A stretch of 64,000 nucleotides of DNA from Ignavibacteriota bacterium (GTDB lineage: Bacteria; Bacteroidota; Ignavibacteria; UBA10030; UBA6906): contig CAWDEM010000008.1 in the NCBI GenBank assembly GCA_963801355.1, positions 2,944,001-3,008,000 of the forward strand. The letters are read 5' to 3'. Both the position numbers and the translations under genes were made by a program. Positions 46,500-56,480 of this stretch are shown in pieces. A model generated the notes under the pieces. The model saw only the letters and a program-made list of their open reading frames with translations. It ran no database searches and had not been told where the DNA came from. Position 1 is the first letter of the stretch. Every line of letters begins with the position of its first letter.

Positions 46500-47975
46500 A
46501 TGTTCCTCCGGCTGCGCTCCGTACGCACCCGCCTGACACTCTGGTATACCCTGGTCCTCCTCTCCACGCTCCTGCTCTTCGGAGTCTTCTCGTACTACTT
46601 CACCGGCGAGACCCTGTCGCAGAACCTCGACCGCTCCCTGACTGCCGAAGCCCGATGGATGCGTGATTTCATCGAGCCACAAGCCAGCAAAGTGAAACCG
46701 GGCCGCAATCCCGGCGACGCCATTGGCACGACAAAGCTTCCTCCGCGCTTCATCGGACCTCTCCCGCCGGAAGACGACCTGGCAAGCCAGGAAGCCGATG
46801 AAATCTGGAGCCAGATCTTCCGGCATAGCCTGCAAAGCCCCAAGAAGACGCTTATACAGTTTCTCGACCGGCGCGGCACCATCATCTACCGCTCTCCCAG
46901 TCTCGGCCCCGACAGCCTCGTCGTCCCCGATACCATCCAGTACAACGCGATCACGCTCACCACATCCGAAATGGGGGACCAGCTCATCCGTATTGCCGCA
47001 ACGCGCGACCGGAACTTCACGTACATCATCGGCTATCCCTTGTCGGACCTCCGCGACCTGCTTGACAACCTGTACGTCATCTATCTCGTTCTCATACCCA
47101 TCACACTGGTCCTCTCCGTCGTGGGGGGGCTCGCACTCGCCAAGAAGTCGCTCCAGCCGGTGGATGAGATTACACGCCAGGCCCGGCGTATCACCGCGGA
47201 GAATCTTGACCAGGTGATCGCCGTGCCCAATGTGGACGATGAAATCGGACGTTTGGGAGCTACGATCAACGATATGATCCGCCGGTTGCACGAATCCTTT
47301 GCCCGGATCAAGCAGTTTACCGCGGATGCGTCGCATGAGCTCCGCACACCGCTCACCGTGGTGCGGGGAGAAATTGAGCTTGCCCTGCGCACACAGAAAT
47401 CACCGGAAGAATACCGCCGCGTGCTGGAGAGTACGCTGGAGGAGAACCTCCGCCTCACGTCGATTATCGACAACCTCCTGACGCTCGAAAAAGCGGATCA
47501 GGGAACATTGAAGGCGGAGCTGACAGAAGTGGAACTCCACACACTTGTGGAGGAGCTGTATGAAGACGGGACCATTCTCGCGGCAAGCAAGAATATCACG
47601 ATGACCCTCCGTTCGAACACGCCGGTGACGATCGTCGGAGACAGAGGGCGATTGCGCCAGCTGTTCCTCAACCTGGTTGATAACGCCGTCAAATATACCC
47701 CTCCGGGCGGAAGCGTGACGCTGGCACTGGAACGGCGGGGGAACGTGGCGGTGTTCGAAATCAGCGATACAGGGATCGGGATACCGCAGGCGGAGCAGGG
47801 AAAGATCTTTCACCGCTTCTACAGAGTTGACAAAGCCCGGTCACGGGAGCTGGGAGGAACCGGGCTGGGATTGTCAATCGCACGTTGGATTGCGGAACTG
47901 CACCGCGGGACCATCACCGTCACGAGCGAGCCGCAGCAGGGGGCGACGTTTACGGTACAACTGCCCATCGACTGA
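46500..47975 (+). CDS. HAMP-domain sensor histidine kinase (CusS/CzcS-like)
   Basis: Two TMs, HAMP, ADASHELRTPL, NLVDNAVKY, DTGIGI, FHRFYRVDKAR, GGTGLGL. Confidence 0.95.
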   Translation: MFLRLRSVRTRLTLWYTLVLLSTLLLFGVFSYYFTGETLSQNLDRSLTAEARWMRDFIEPQASKVKPGRNPGDAIGTTKLPPRFIGPLPPEDDLASQEADEIWSQIFRHSLQSPKKTLIQFLDRRGTIIYRSPSLGPDSLVVPDTIQYNAITLTTSEMGDQLIRIAATRDRNFTYIIGYPLSDLRDLLDNLYVIYLVLIPITLVLSVVGGLALAKKSLQPVDEITRQARRITAENLDQVIAVPNVDDEIGRLGATINDMIRRLHESFARIKQFTADASHELRTPLTVVRGEIELALRTQKSPEEYRRVLESTLEENLRLTSIIDNLLTLEKADQGTLKAELTEVELHTLVEELYEDGTILAASKNITMTLRSNTPVTIVGDRGRLRQLFLNLVDNAVKYTPPGGSVTLALERRGNVAVFEISDTGIGIPQAEQGKIFHRFYRVDKARSRELGGTGLGLSIARWIAELHRGTITVTSEPQQGATFTVQLPID

Positions 47976-47989
47976 AGGGCCTTTCACCA

Positions 47990-48123
47990 GGCACTAGGCA
48001 AGAGGCGATAGGCAATAGGGGAAGAACACTCGTGCCTATTGCCTCGTGCCTAATGCCCCGTGCCTCATCCCTCGTGCCTAATGCCTCATGCCCCGTGCCT
48101 CATGCCTAACGCCTATTGCCCGC
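47990..48123. repeat. Inverted heptamer array, copy C
   Basis: 4 GGCANNN-type units, 15-nt spacer, 13 TGCCNNN-type units between convergent stops. Confidence 0.92.
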
Positions 48124-48125
48124 TT

Positions 48126-51100
48126 CTAGAAATCCGCCCCCAGCGAAATATAGTATTTCGGTGTCGAGAAGTTGTTGTAGTACCAGGCCCACGCCACATC
48201 AAAGCGCACGAGGAAGCCGAGGAAGTAGATCCGCGCGCCGGTACCCATTCCCATCAAGAGATCGCGCGTCACGGTGGCTCCGGTCTCGTCCTTCGTGAAC
48301 GCCACGTACTCCTTCTCCCTGGTCCAGGCCGAACCCGCATCGAAGAATACCACACCTCCCAGACTCTGCAACCCGAGGGGCAGCGGACCGGCCTGGAGGA
48401 ATGCAAACAACGGATAGCGTAACTCGAAATTGAAGAGCGAGTACTTGGAACCGATGGCCGCATTGTAGTTGTAGCCACGCAGCGGGAGGCCAACCTGCAG
48501 GAACATGTAGTCCTCCGCGTTCTCCAGAGGTATGTATCCGCCTTCGAATGTGTGATTGATCCAGTTGTCAACGCCGCCGATAATGAACTTCTGCGGGTTC
48601 TTCCCGATGCTGGCGCCGCCGGCATACCTGATCGCAATGCTGTAATTGTTCCCGAGACGGAGGTACTTGCGGTAATCCGCGCCGATGTTCAGAAAACTCA
48701 ACCCATCGCTCCCGATCTTGGGGGTCCCGAACAGATCGAACCGGTAGCGCGTTCCCGTGACAGGCGACAGCAGCCCCCAGAGGGATGTGTCGTAGGTGTA
48801 ACTGATACTCGGCACGATGAGCGAGCGTGTCTGTATCGGAGTTCCGGTGTAGTCAAGATTCTCTTTGGAAATGTTGAGCCAGTTGATGCCGAAATCCAGC
48901 CGGCTGAAGCGATCAAAGGGGTATTGCGCGGAAACCATCCCGCCGTATGTCCGGAAGCGGTAGTAGCTCCCGCCGAATGCATCATTGATGAGAATGAACC
49001 GGGCGCTGTGAAATGCGCCGAACCCGTAATCGATCCGTTTGGGAAGATAGTAGTACTGCAATGCGTAGTCACTATTCTTGAGATCAAGCAGCAGGTTCGT
49101 GGCGAAGATGATCTGGTGATCGCCCAGCAGATCGCTGAATGCCATGATCGTGGAGCCCGTGACTCCGTAAAACGTATCGTATCCGGCGTTGCCGTAAATG
49201 ATGTCGGGGGTGAAGTTCAGTTTGTACTTGTTCACCCGGTAGTTGCCCTCTTCATCCATGTTGCCCGAAATCTTGGGCAGGCGGGAAATGAGGGAGTCTT
49301 TGGGCAGGTTTTCGTCCTTCCCCTCGCCGAACACGTAGTCCGAAAAATCGAGCTGGATCCCTGCGCCGTACAGCCCGGTGGTGTCCTTCCCTGCGGACCC
49401 TGACTTGGCGGTCGCTGTCGTATCCTTCGCCGTCGTGTCCCTTGCCGCAGTGCCCTTTGCTGCCGTGTCCGCCGCCGTCACCGCAGCCGCGACCGCCGGT
49501 TCCGTGAACGATTTACGGTACGCCGTCGGCTCGAGCGATCCGGTCTTGACAACGCGATCAAACGGGCTGCGTAGCAGGAAGATGTCGAAACCGGATTGAT
49601 TGAGAGACGAAAATGACAGTTTCGTGCCGTCCCGCGATATTGACAACTGGTAGACACCGCTGATGGAGTTGGTGACCGGCCGGGTGATTGCCGAATCCAG
49701 CCGGAGCTCATAGATATTGTTGATCCCGTTGCGGTCGGAGATAAAGAGCAGCTTGTTTCCGTCCGGCGAAGAGACCGGTGACGATTCGTCGCTGTCTATC
49801 CAGTCGGTCAGTTGCCTGATCGTGTGATCCTCGAGCCCGATCTTGTAGATATCCATATCGTAAAATCGATAGTCATGCACCGGCCCGGCGTCGGAAGATT
49901 TGCGCCCCGCCCTGTCTGATGAAAAGTACAGCGTCTTCCCGTCGGGCGACCACGACGGCTCTTCGTCGCTGTAGATATCGTCGGTAAGATTCGTGAGTTT
50001 CTTTGTGTCAAACGAATACACGTAGAGATCCGACTGCCTGGATGTATTGCCGATGAACGCCAGCTTGTCTCCCAACGGCGACCATGTCACCGAGAATATG
50101 CCTTCCAGACCGAACGTGAGTTTCTCCATGTCGCCGCTCTTCACGTCAATCAGGAGGATGGCATCCTGATCACCGGCTTTTGCGGCAAGCGCCAGACGTT
50201 TTCCGTCGGGGGACCAGCTGACCCCCGGTGTCAACAGATGCAGCTCTTCCAGATTGGACGTCTGCTGGCCGTCGACCACCTTTTGCACCTGACTGCCATC
50301 GACGGCGTTCATCACGAACAGATCAAAGAAGTCGTTCCGGTTGGAGATGAATGCCACTTTGTCGCCCTGCGGGGAGATGGCGGGACTCGTATTATAGAAA
50401 CCGCCGTCCTTCTTGTGATCCGTAAGACGCCGCGCATAGTCCGCCGGGTCTTCACGTTTGGCGATATCCGGCCAGTACTCCACCTTGAGTTCCTTCTGCC
50501 AGCGCTCGGAAAGCTCCTCCAGGTTCAACCCGATCGCCGCCCGGATCCCTGCCTCGACACTTCTCGTGCTTTTGATCCGGTTCAGGATCTCGCCGATTTT
50601 TTCTTCGCCATATTTCTTTGCCAGATAGTGGAACACCGACTGCCCGCCGCGGTAGGCAGCGTATCCGTAGAGTTGTTTCAGCGGCGCGAGGTACTGGTTC
50701 ACCGTCGCATCCCTGATGAACATGTCCGTGTCGGTATCCCATTTCAACGCTTCATACTCGGACAGGCCTTCGCTGAACCACATGGGAAACTGCAGAGAGA
50801 TGTTGTTGCTGATGATCGACTGAATGCTGCCGCCGTAATACAGGTCGTTCATCACCGCGTGCACGAGCTCGTGATGGATGACGTGCCGGAATTTCCGGTA
50901 ATCCCCCTCAAACGGAACTACCACCCGGTTCTTGAAGAGTTCCGTCACGCCTCCGATTCCTTCTTCCAGGTATTCGGAGATAACGTTTGTTTGTTGGAAT
51001 GCATTGTGGGAATTGTAGACAATCAGGGGGATGCGGTTGACAAGCTGGTACTTGAACAGCTTGCTGATGGATGCATAGGACGATTCCGCTGCGACGGCGG

Positions 51101-51314
51101 CAAACACCGCCAACGGGTGGCCGTCCTCGGCAAAGTACACGTCGAAGTGATCGGTCTGGAGATACGACCAGTTGAACTTCGTGTACTGTACCTTATTCTT
51201 CCCGAACAGGTCGGACTGGGCGTGCACGGTCGCCGGCATGCCGGCCAGGACCACCACGGCTGCCAGGGTCAACCAGAGTTTCGTCTTCCGTTCCATACGC
51301 TCCTCGCTCTTCAT
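48126..51314 (-). CDS. WD40/PD40-Omp85 outer membrane protein with an N-terminal peptidase MA-like domain
   Basis: Signal peptide; FGKNKVQY; HELVH...WFSEGLSEY; repeated P.WSPDG/SPDG blades; LRGY, ELRYPL, FFDAG; C-terminal ISLGADF. Start may be 51296. Confidence 0.85.
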   Translation of the reverse strand: MKSEERMERKTKLWLTLAAVVVLAGMPATVHAQSDLFGKNKVQYTKFNWSYLQTDHFDVYFAEDGHPLAVFAAVAAESSYASISKLFKYQLVNRIPLIVYNSHNAFQQTNVISEYLEEGIGGVTELFKNRVVVPFEGDYRKFRHVIHHELVHAVMNDLYYGGSIQSIISNNISLQFPMWFSEGLSEYEALKWDTDTDMFIRDATVNQYLAPLKQLYGYAAYRGGQSVFHYLAKKYGEEKIGEILNRIKSTRSVEAGIRAAIGLNLEELSERWQKELKVEYWPDIAKREDPADYARRLTDHKKDGGFYNTSPAISPQGDKVAFISNRNDFFDLFVMNAVDGSQVQKVVDGQQTSNLEELHLLTPGVSWSPDGKRLALAAKAGDQDAILLIDVKSGDMEKLTFGLEGIFSVTWSPLGDKLAFIGNTSRQSDLYVYSFDTKKLTNLTDDIYSDEEPSWSPDGKTLYFSSDRAGRKSSDAGPVHDYRFYDMDIYKIGLEDHTIRQLTDWIDSDESSPVSSPDGNKLLFISDRNGINNIYELRLDSAITRPVTNSISGVYQLSISRDGTKLSFSSLNQSGFDIFLLRSPFDRVVKTGSLEPTAYRKSFTEPAVAAAVTAADTAAKGTAARDTTAKDTTATAKSGSAGKDTTGLYGAGIQLDFSDYVFGEGKDENLPKDSLISRLPKISGNMDEEGNYRVNKYKLNFTPDIIYGNAGYDTFYGVTGSTIMAFSDLLGDHQIIFATNLLLDLKNSDYALQYYYLPKRIDYGFGAFHSARFILINDAFGGSYYRFRTYGGMVSAQYPFDRFSRLDFGINWLNISKENLDYTGTPIQTRSLIVPSISYTYDTSLWGLLSPVTGTRYRFDLFGTPKIGSDGLSFLNIGADYRKYLRLGNNYSIAIRYAGGASIGKNPQKFIIGGVDNWINHTFEGGYIPLENAEDYMFLQVGLPLRGYNYNAAIGSKYSLFNFELRYPLFAFLQAGPLPLGLQSLGGVVFFDAGSAWTREKEYVAFTKDETGATVTRDLLMGMGTGARIYFLGFLVRFDVAWAWYYNNFSTPKYYISLGADF

Positions 51315-51351
51315 GTATAACGCCGGATCGCATCCCTTCCGTTCCGTCCTA

Positions 51352-53535
51352 TTATTTCATCTTTCTCCCCTCATCCGCCACAAGCGCCAAATCAATACTG
51401 CGCCGCTCCGGGTCCACCGTCATAACCTGCACGCGCACACGGTCTCCGAGCCGGTACACTCGCCCCCTGCTCCGGCCGCGGAGTGCATATTGCTTCTCGT
51501 CAAAGAGGTAGTAGTCATCCTCCAGATCCCGCATCCTGATCAATCCGTCAATGAGGATCTCATGCAGCTCGACGAACAGTCCGAAATCCGTCACCCCGGA
51601 GATCACTCCCGTAAACTCGTCGCCGATGTGACGCTTCATGTATTCGATCTGCATCACCTTGACAGATGTACGCTCGGCTTCCGCGGCGATCCGTTCGCGC
51701 TCCGACGACTGCCTGGCTATCCCGGGAAGGGCAGCGCGTAGGGCGACCAGGCGGCCCCCCTCCACAGGACGAGCGTACTCGTCCAGCAGCCGGTGAACCA
51801 CAAGATCCGGATAGCGGCGGATGGGTGAGGTGAAATGCGTGTAATGCCGGAATGCGAGGCCGTAGTGCCCGATGTTCTTCTCCGCGTAGACCGCCTTTGC
51901 CATCGAGCGGAGGGCGACCTCGTTGATCACATCTTCCACTTCCGTCCCCTTCACCTTCTCCAGCAGCTTCTGCAGCTCGTGTGACGATACACCCTCTTTT
52001 ACGTCGAGGGAGAAGCCGAACTGCCGCACGAAGTTCCCCAGATCGCGCAGTTTGTCGGGATCCGGCACATCGTGCACACGATAGAGAAACGGCCGGGGAT
52101 CGCCTCCGGTTTTCATCCCCGCCACGTGCTGGGCTACCGTCTTGTTGGCCAGCAGCATGCATTCTTCCACGAGGCGGTGGGCATCCAGACGTACTTTCTT
52201 GATGATGCGGTCGGGCAGTCCCTGCTCGTCAAACGTGAATTTCGTTTCCACACTGTCAAAGTCGATGCTTCCGTTCTTCCAGCGGCGGCGGTACAGCGCC
52301 TTGGCAAGCCGGTTGAGATGCAGCAGCACATCCGCATGTTCACCCTTGCCGGCATCAAGTATACTCTGCACCTCTTCATACGCAAAGCGGCGCGTGCTCC
52401 GGATGACCGACCGGGCGAACCGGTAGTCCTCCACCTTGCCGTCGGGATGGACGTCCAGCAGGACGCTGAATGTCAGCCGGTCTTCCTGCGGACGGAGGGA
52501 ACAGAGATCGTTCGACAGCCGCTCGGGGAGCATTGGTATCACTTCATTCACGAGATAGACACTGGTGCCGCGTTCATACGCCTCGCGGTCCAGCGCGGTC
52601 CCCTCGCGGACATAGTGGCTGACATCTGCGATGTGGACACCGAGGCGCAGCAGACCGTTCGGCAGCACCTCACAGGAAAGAGCGTCATCGAAATCTTTCG
52701 CATCTTCCGGATCAATCGTGAGCGTCGTCTTCTGCCGCAGGTCAAGCCGGCCGTCCAGCACCGCATCCGGAATGCCGCCAGACAATTGCATTGCCTCCGC
52801 TTCGACGTCGGCCGGAAAGGATGCCGGAAGCCCGAAGCTGCGCGCGACACCCAGCACCTGCGTGCGGGCATCTCCGCCCGGCCCCAGTACTTCCAGAATC
52901 GTTCCCTCGGGATTGACGTGCTCGTCTTCCCAGGGGTCAAGTTCCACCACTACTTTGTCGCCGGGGCGGGCATCCCCCTGGTCGACATAAATATCCCGCC
53001 CGATGCGTCCGTCGTCGGGGACCACAAATGCGAGGTTGCGCCGTACCTGAAATTGTCCGACAATGCGCGTGGTATTTCGCTTCAGCACACGCACGACCTC
53101 CCCGCGAAATGCTTCGCCCTTCCGCCGGTGGCTCGGGGGCGCAAAGAGTGTCACCTCCACTTCATCGCCGTGCAATGCAGTGTGCTGGAACTGGGAGTCG
53201 ATCACAATGTCGTCTTCCCATCCCGCAGGTCTGACACTCCCCACCCCCCGGCGCGAGACGCTCAAGACTCCGGTGACATGACCGGACTTCTTGCTCTTCG
53301 CCTGTTTTGATTCGGGAACGTACGTAAAACGCCCATGTTCATCCGCTTCCACCACCCCCCGCAGTTTCAATTCGTCGATCTGTGCACGAAGCGCTTCGTA
53401 CTCTTCCTTGCTGCGAACACCCAGGCGTTTGGCAAGGTCTTTCACTGTTGTCCGGCTTCGCGGGTGCGCCGAAAGGTACGTCAACACCCGACTTTTGATA
53501 TTTCCTGCTGATTTCTTCTTCAATGTATATCCCAT
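51352..53535 (-). CDS. rnr: Ribonuclease R
   Basis: TIDPEDAKDFDDA, VHIADVSHYV, RGTSVY, YTHFTSPIRRYPDL, C-terminal S1 domain. Confidence 0.97.
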   Translation of the reverse strand: MGYTLKKKSAGNIKSRVLTYLSAHPRSRTTVKDLAKRLGVRSKEEYEALRAQIDELKLRGVVEADEHGRFTYVPESKQAKSKKSGHVTGVLSVSRRGVGSVRPAGWEDDIVIDSQFQHTALHGDEVEVTLFAPPSHRRKGEAFRGEVVRVLKRNTTRIVGQFQVRRNLAFVVPDDGRIGRDIYVDQGDARPGDKVVVELDPWEDEHVNPEGTILEVLGPGGDARTQVLGVARSFGLPASFPADVEAEAMQLSGGIPDAVLDGRLDLRQKTTLTIDPEDAKDFDDALSCEVLPNGLLRLGVHIADVSHYVREGTALDREAYERGTSVYLVNEVIPMLPERLSNDLCSLRPQEDRLTFSVLLDVHPDGKVEDYRFARSVIRSTRRFAYEEVQSILDAGKGEHADVLLHLNRLAKALYRRRWKNGSIDFDSVETKFTFDEQGLPDRIIKKVRLDAHRLVEECMLLANKTVAQHVAGMKTGGDPRPFLYRVHDVPDPDKLRDLGNFVRQFGFSLDVKEGVSSHELQKLLEKVKGTEVEDVINEVALRSMAKAVYAEKNIGHYGLAFRHYTHFTSPIRRYPDLVVHRLLDEYARPVEGGRLVALRAALPGIARQSSERERIAAEAERTSVKVMQIEYMKRHIGDEFTGVISGVTDFGLFVELHEILIDGLIRMRDLEDDYYLFDEKQYALRGRSRGRVYRLGDRVRVQVMTVDPERRSIDLALVADEGRKMK

Positions 53536-53549
53536 TGCTTTCTTTTAAT

Positions 53550-53593
53550 GTCATCCTGAATTCGTCCAGCTTCCCAGGACGAATTCAGGACCT
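53550..53593. repeat. REP-like hairpin (GTCAT-CCTGAA...TTCAGG-ACCT)
   Basis: Perfect 14-bp stem TCCTGAATTCGTCC (53554-53567) / GGACGAATTCAGGA (53577-53590), 9-nt loop. Confidence 0.75.
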
Positions 53594-53618
53594 CACCCTT
53601 GATATTTAGGATCTCACC

Positions 53619-56480
53619 TTAGAATGAAAATCTATAGTACACCCGCGCGGAATTTGTCCGCCGCAGGTCCGTCGCCGATCCGAAGGATCCCCGCTCAACT
53701 TTGCTTTCCAGCTCCATCATGAAATTCTGGAGCGACGGCTTATTGAAGATCGAGCCGAACGAATAGAGCAGACTGAAATTGGCATTCCCGAACGGGTCGT
53801 CCAGGATCTGGCCACCGTATTTCCAGTACCCGTTCCACGCGGACCCGCTGAGCCGGATGTCGGCCGATTCGCTCCGGCCTGTGGAGGAATTGAAATTAAA
53901 CTCCACCGAGTTGATGAACCCCGTCTGCGTCCGCAGGAACTCCGACAATGTGCCGGTCAGCAGCGACGACGCACCCGTCAACAGCGAGCGCCGCAGCGTC
54001 CTGTCCATCTCCGATGACATCTGCCCTTTCTCCGCGGTGGACAGGGGGAATGAACCGTAAATGATGAAGCCGATGGCATCCGATTGCACATCGTTCGACT
54101 TCAACCCGCGGTACGCATAGTAATCCACATCGTCGATGGTCATCGACATGCTGAGTCTCGGTGCGCGCCGCGGACCGGTAATCGTCACCGTCACCACGAT
54201 CCGTTCGTTCTTGTCGCCGGAGATGCTATCCGGCACTGTCCGGGCACCGTGATACGATGCCGTGATGTCCAGCTCCGGGTTCATGAAATCGCCGGTGAAA
54301 CGGATCCTGCCCTGCGCATCGAAACGCCGGTAAAAGCTGTAATACGCACGGCTGATTGCTAGATCGCCCAGCCAGCGGCGGCCATCTTCCGTTATCGAAA
54401 AACGCCCGTCGATGGTCGCCACCAGTTCTTCGCTTGATATCGGATTGAACACCATCCGTATTTCGGTGGAACCGCCGGTTGCCTCGATGTCAAGATCGTA
54501 GCGCAGCCCGTCGAGGAATGACTTTGCCCCCCTAATGCCATTGTCGACGCGCCGTGCGGCGCCGATCAGGTGATCGCCGCCGAAATATCTGTCGGCAGCC
54601 GTCAGGGAAACCTTCTCTCCGTAGCGGGAGGTGTCATCAAAAACAACGATGGGAACCGAAAATGCCGACTCTTCCGCGACGACCTGTTCCGTCGGTGGAA
54701 ATATAAGGCTCGAATTCTGAATTATCAGATCTCCCTGCAGGAGCGAATTGTCGATCTCTCCAGTGAAGTGCAGTCCCTTCCGACCGATCTCCACAAAGAG
54801 GTCCCCGTACATGGAGAGCGAAGACTTTCGCGTCGATTCCTTCACCACATTCAGCTGCCCGGTTGCGGAGAGCCGGAAGTCGCCCGGCGTAAATCCACGG
54901 AGGGCAAAATCACCGCCGATCTTTATCTCGCCTTTCCGTCCGCCGCGTTCGTCAGTGGCCACATTCCGCAGCGTCGCATCCACCACCCGGATGCGTTCGT
55001 TCTCCGCGCTGAAGGTTCCGTCCAGGTAGTAGTACATGTTGTTCGCCTCGAACAGGAATCCACAATCGCTCAGGCGCAGCGACCCTGTGGAGCGCGGTTG
55101 TGAGGCGGTCCCCTTGATGTGCAGATCGCAGTCCAGCGTGCCGGTCAACTGGTTGAAATTCGGCAACAACGGATCCAGGATGTTGACCTGTGCCCCTTTC
55201 GCTTTTACCGATATGTCCATCTTCTGATCGGGCGCGATCTCCTCGCCTCCAATGGACACCGGAAGAATCCCGGAGATGGCGAGGCTCGGCAAGCCTGCAA
55301 CCAGCCGGGCCGGATCCCCGGCTTCAACTTCAAGCGCAAGAAGTCCGCGCTGGTACTGGGCTGTACCGTTTACCGTCCCGAAGGGAATGTTGCGAATGGC
55401 CATGCTGTCGGAACGGACGGTGGCATGGAATTCCGGGTGGTCGAGTGAACCGCCGATCACCACGGTCGCGTCGACGCTCCCGCCGAATGTCTGTTCATCC
55501 GGCACTGTCTCCTTTTCACTCAGGAAGAAGCGGAGATCATTCAGCAGCAAGCCGGATGCCCGGAGCGATGCAACAATACCTCCTCCCCGCCGGATGGCCC
55601 CCTGCGCATCAATCTCCTCCTGCCCCCGGCGCAGCACGAGCTGCGAAAGCCTGATTGCATTCCCCGTGAGACTCAACGTCAACCCGCTGTCCGCGGCCCA
55701 GTCGTAGCCGTCATACGCGGCATCCACGGATCCAAACCGGCAGAGGACGGAATCCCCCTGGAACCGGGCATCTCCTTTGACATCCCAGCGCAACTGGTGG
55801 TTTAACCCGCCCCGGCTGCTGAACTCCGCGAGGCGGTCGCCGATCCGGAGGTCGACCCCGAGACTGTCCAGCTCGGTCCGGTTGATATTCATCACTCTCA
55901 CATCCCCCTTCACATGCAGATCGGCGGTGGCAAACGATCGGTCGGGAGTGAGGTCGTTGGTTTCGACGAGACATTCGGCATCCTCGATCAGCATGCCGGA
56001 ATCGACGTCACCGTAGTAGAACTCTTTCAGATTCAACCGGGTGGACGAGGAGAGGCGGTAGTAGTTCCCTTCAAGCGTGCCTTGCACCATTCCGCTTCCG
56101 TTGAACTCTCTCTTTCCGAGGATCAACGAAAGCAACCGCACGTCCTTGACTTCGGCTTTGTATTCGCAGCGGAGTGTCGCGGGGTTGGCCGAGAGTTGCT
56201 GTCGCAAGGCATGGAATGCCGCAGTGTCGGTCCTTGCGCCGAGGGTCGAATCGAACGGCGTCAGACGGTCACGTACGGAGAGTATCGCATTTTGCACTTC
56301 GAACTCCAGCAGCGAACGGAGATACTCCAGGTCAAACGCTCCCTCCACCGACGCCTCGACAAAGGGAGAGGTCAGCGCAATCCGTTTGTGTGCGGGATCG
56401 TCCTGACTCACTTCAAGCTGCAGCTTCTCGTTCGACAGCGGATAGTCGCGATACCGGGAGGTTGAGAATGCAACGTCCAC
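53619..56480 (-). CDS. TamB/AsmA-like translocation and assembly module protein, C-terminal part (after a frameshift)
   Basis: Beta-rich repeats; G.I.FTGD..NPELDITA.Y and ITG.R..PRL (DUF490-like); ends YYRFSF. The frame stays open upstream to about 56537. Confidence 0.75.
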   Translation of the reverse strand: MDVAFSTSRYRDYPLSNEKLQLEVSQDDPAHKRIALTSPFVEASVEGAFDLEYLRSLLEFEVQNAILSVRDRLTPFDSTLGARTDTAAFHALRQQLSANPATLRCEYKAEVKDVRLLSLILGKREFNGSGMVQGTLEGNYYRLSSSTRLNLKEFYYGDVDSGMLIEDAECLVETNDLTPDRSFATADLHVKGDVRVMNINRTELDSLGVDLRIGDRLAEFSSRGGLNHQLRWDVKGDARFQGDSVLCRFGSVDAAYDGYDWAADSGLTLSLTGNAIRLSQLVLRRGQEEIDAQGAIRRGGGIVASLRASGLLLNDLRFFLSEKETVPDEQTFGGSVDATVVIGGSLDHPEFHATVRSDSMAIRNIPFGTVNGTAQYQRGLLALEVEAGDPARLVAGLPSLAISGILPVSIGGEEIAPDQKMDISVKAKGAQVNILDPLLPNFNQLTGTLDCDLHIKGTASQPRSTGSLRLSDCGFLFEANNMYYYLDGTFSAENERIRVVDATLRNVATDERGGRKGEIKIGGDFALRGFTPGDFRLSATGQLNVVKESTRKSSLSMYGDLFVEIGRKGLHFTGEIDNSLLQGDLIIQNSSLIFPPTEQVVAEESAFSVPIVVFDDTSRYGEKVSLTAADRYFGGDHLIGAARRVDNGIRGAKSFLDGLRYDLDIEATGGSTEIRMVFNPISSEELVATIDGRFSITEDGRRWLGDLAISRAYYSFYRRFDAQGRIRFTGDFMNPELDITASYHGARTVPDSISGDKNERIVVTVTITGPRRAPRLSMSMTIDDVDYYAYRGLKSNDVQSDAIGFIIYGSFPLSTAEKGQMSSEMDRTLRRSLLTGASSLLTGTLSEFLRTQTGFINSVEFNFNSSTGRSESADIRLSGSAWNGYWKYGGQILDDPFGNANFSLLYSFGSIFNKPSLQNFMMELESKVERGSFGSATDLRRTNSARVYYRFSF

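Noticed and set aside
40831-48123. Heptamer arrays as a CRISPR array
   Set aside because: 7-nt period, no 23-47-nt repeats with unique spacers, and no cas genes in the window.
49380-49500. Low-complexity repeats within the Omp85 gene
   Set aside because: Explained as an Ala/Thr/Asp-rich flexible protein linker rather than a DNA element.
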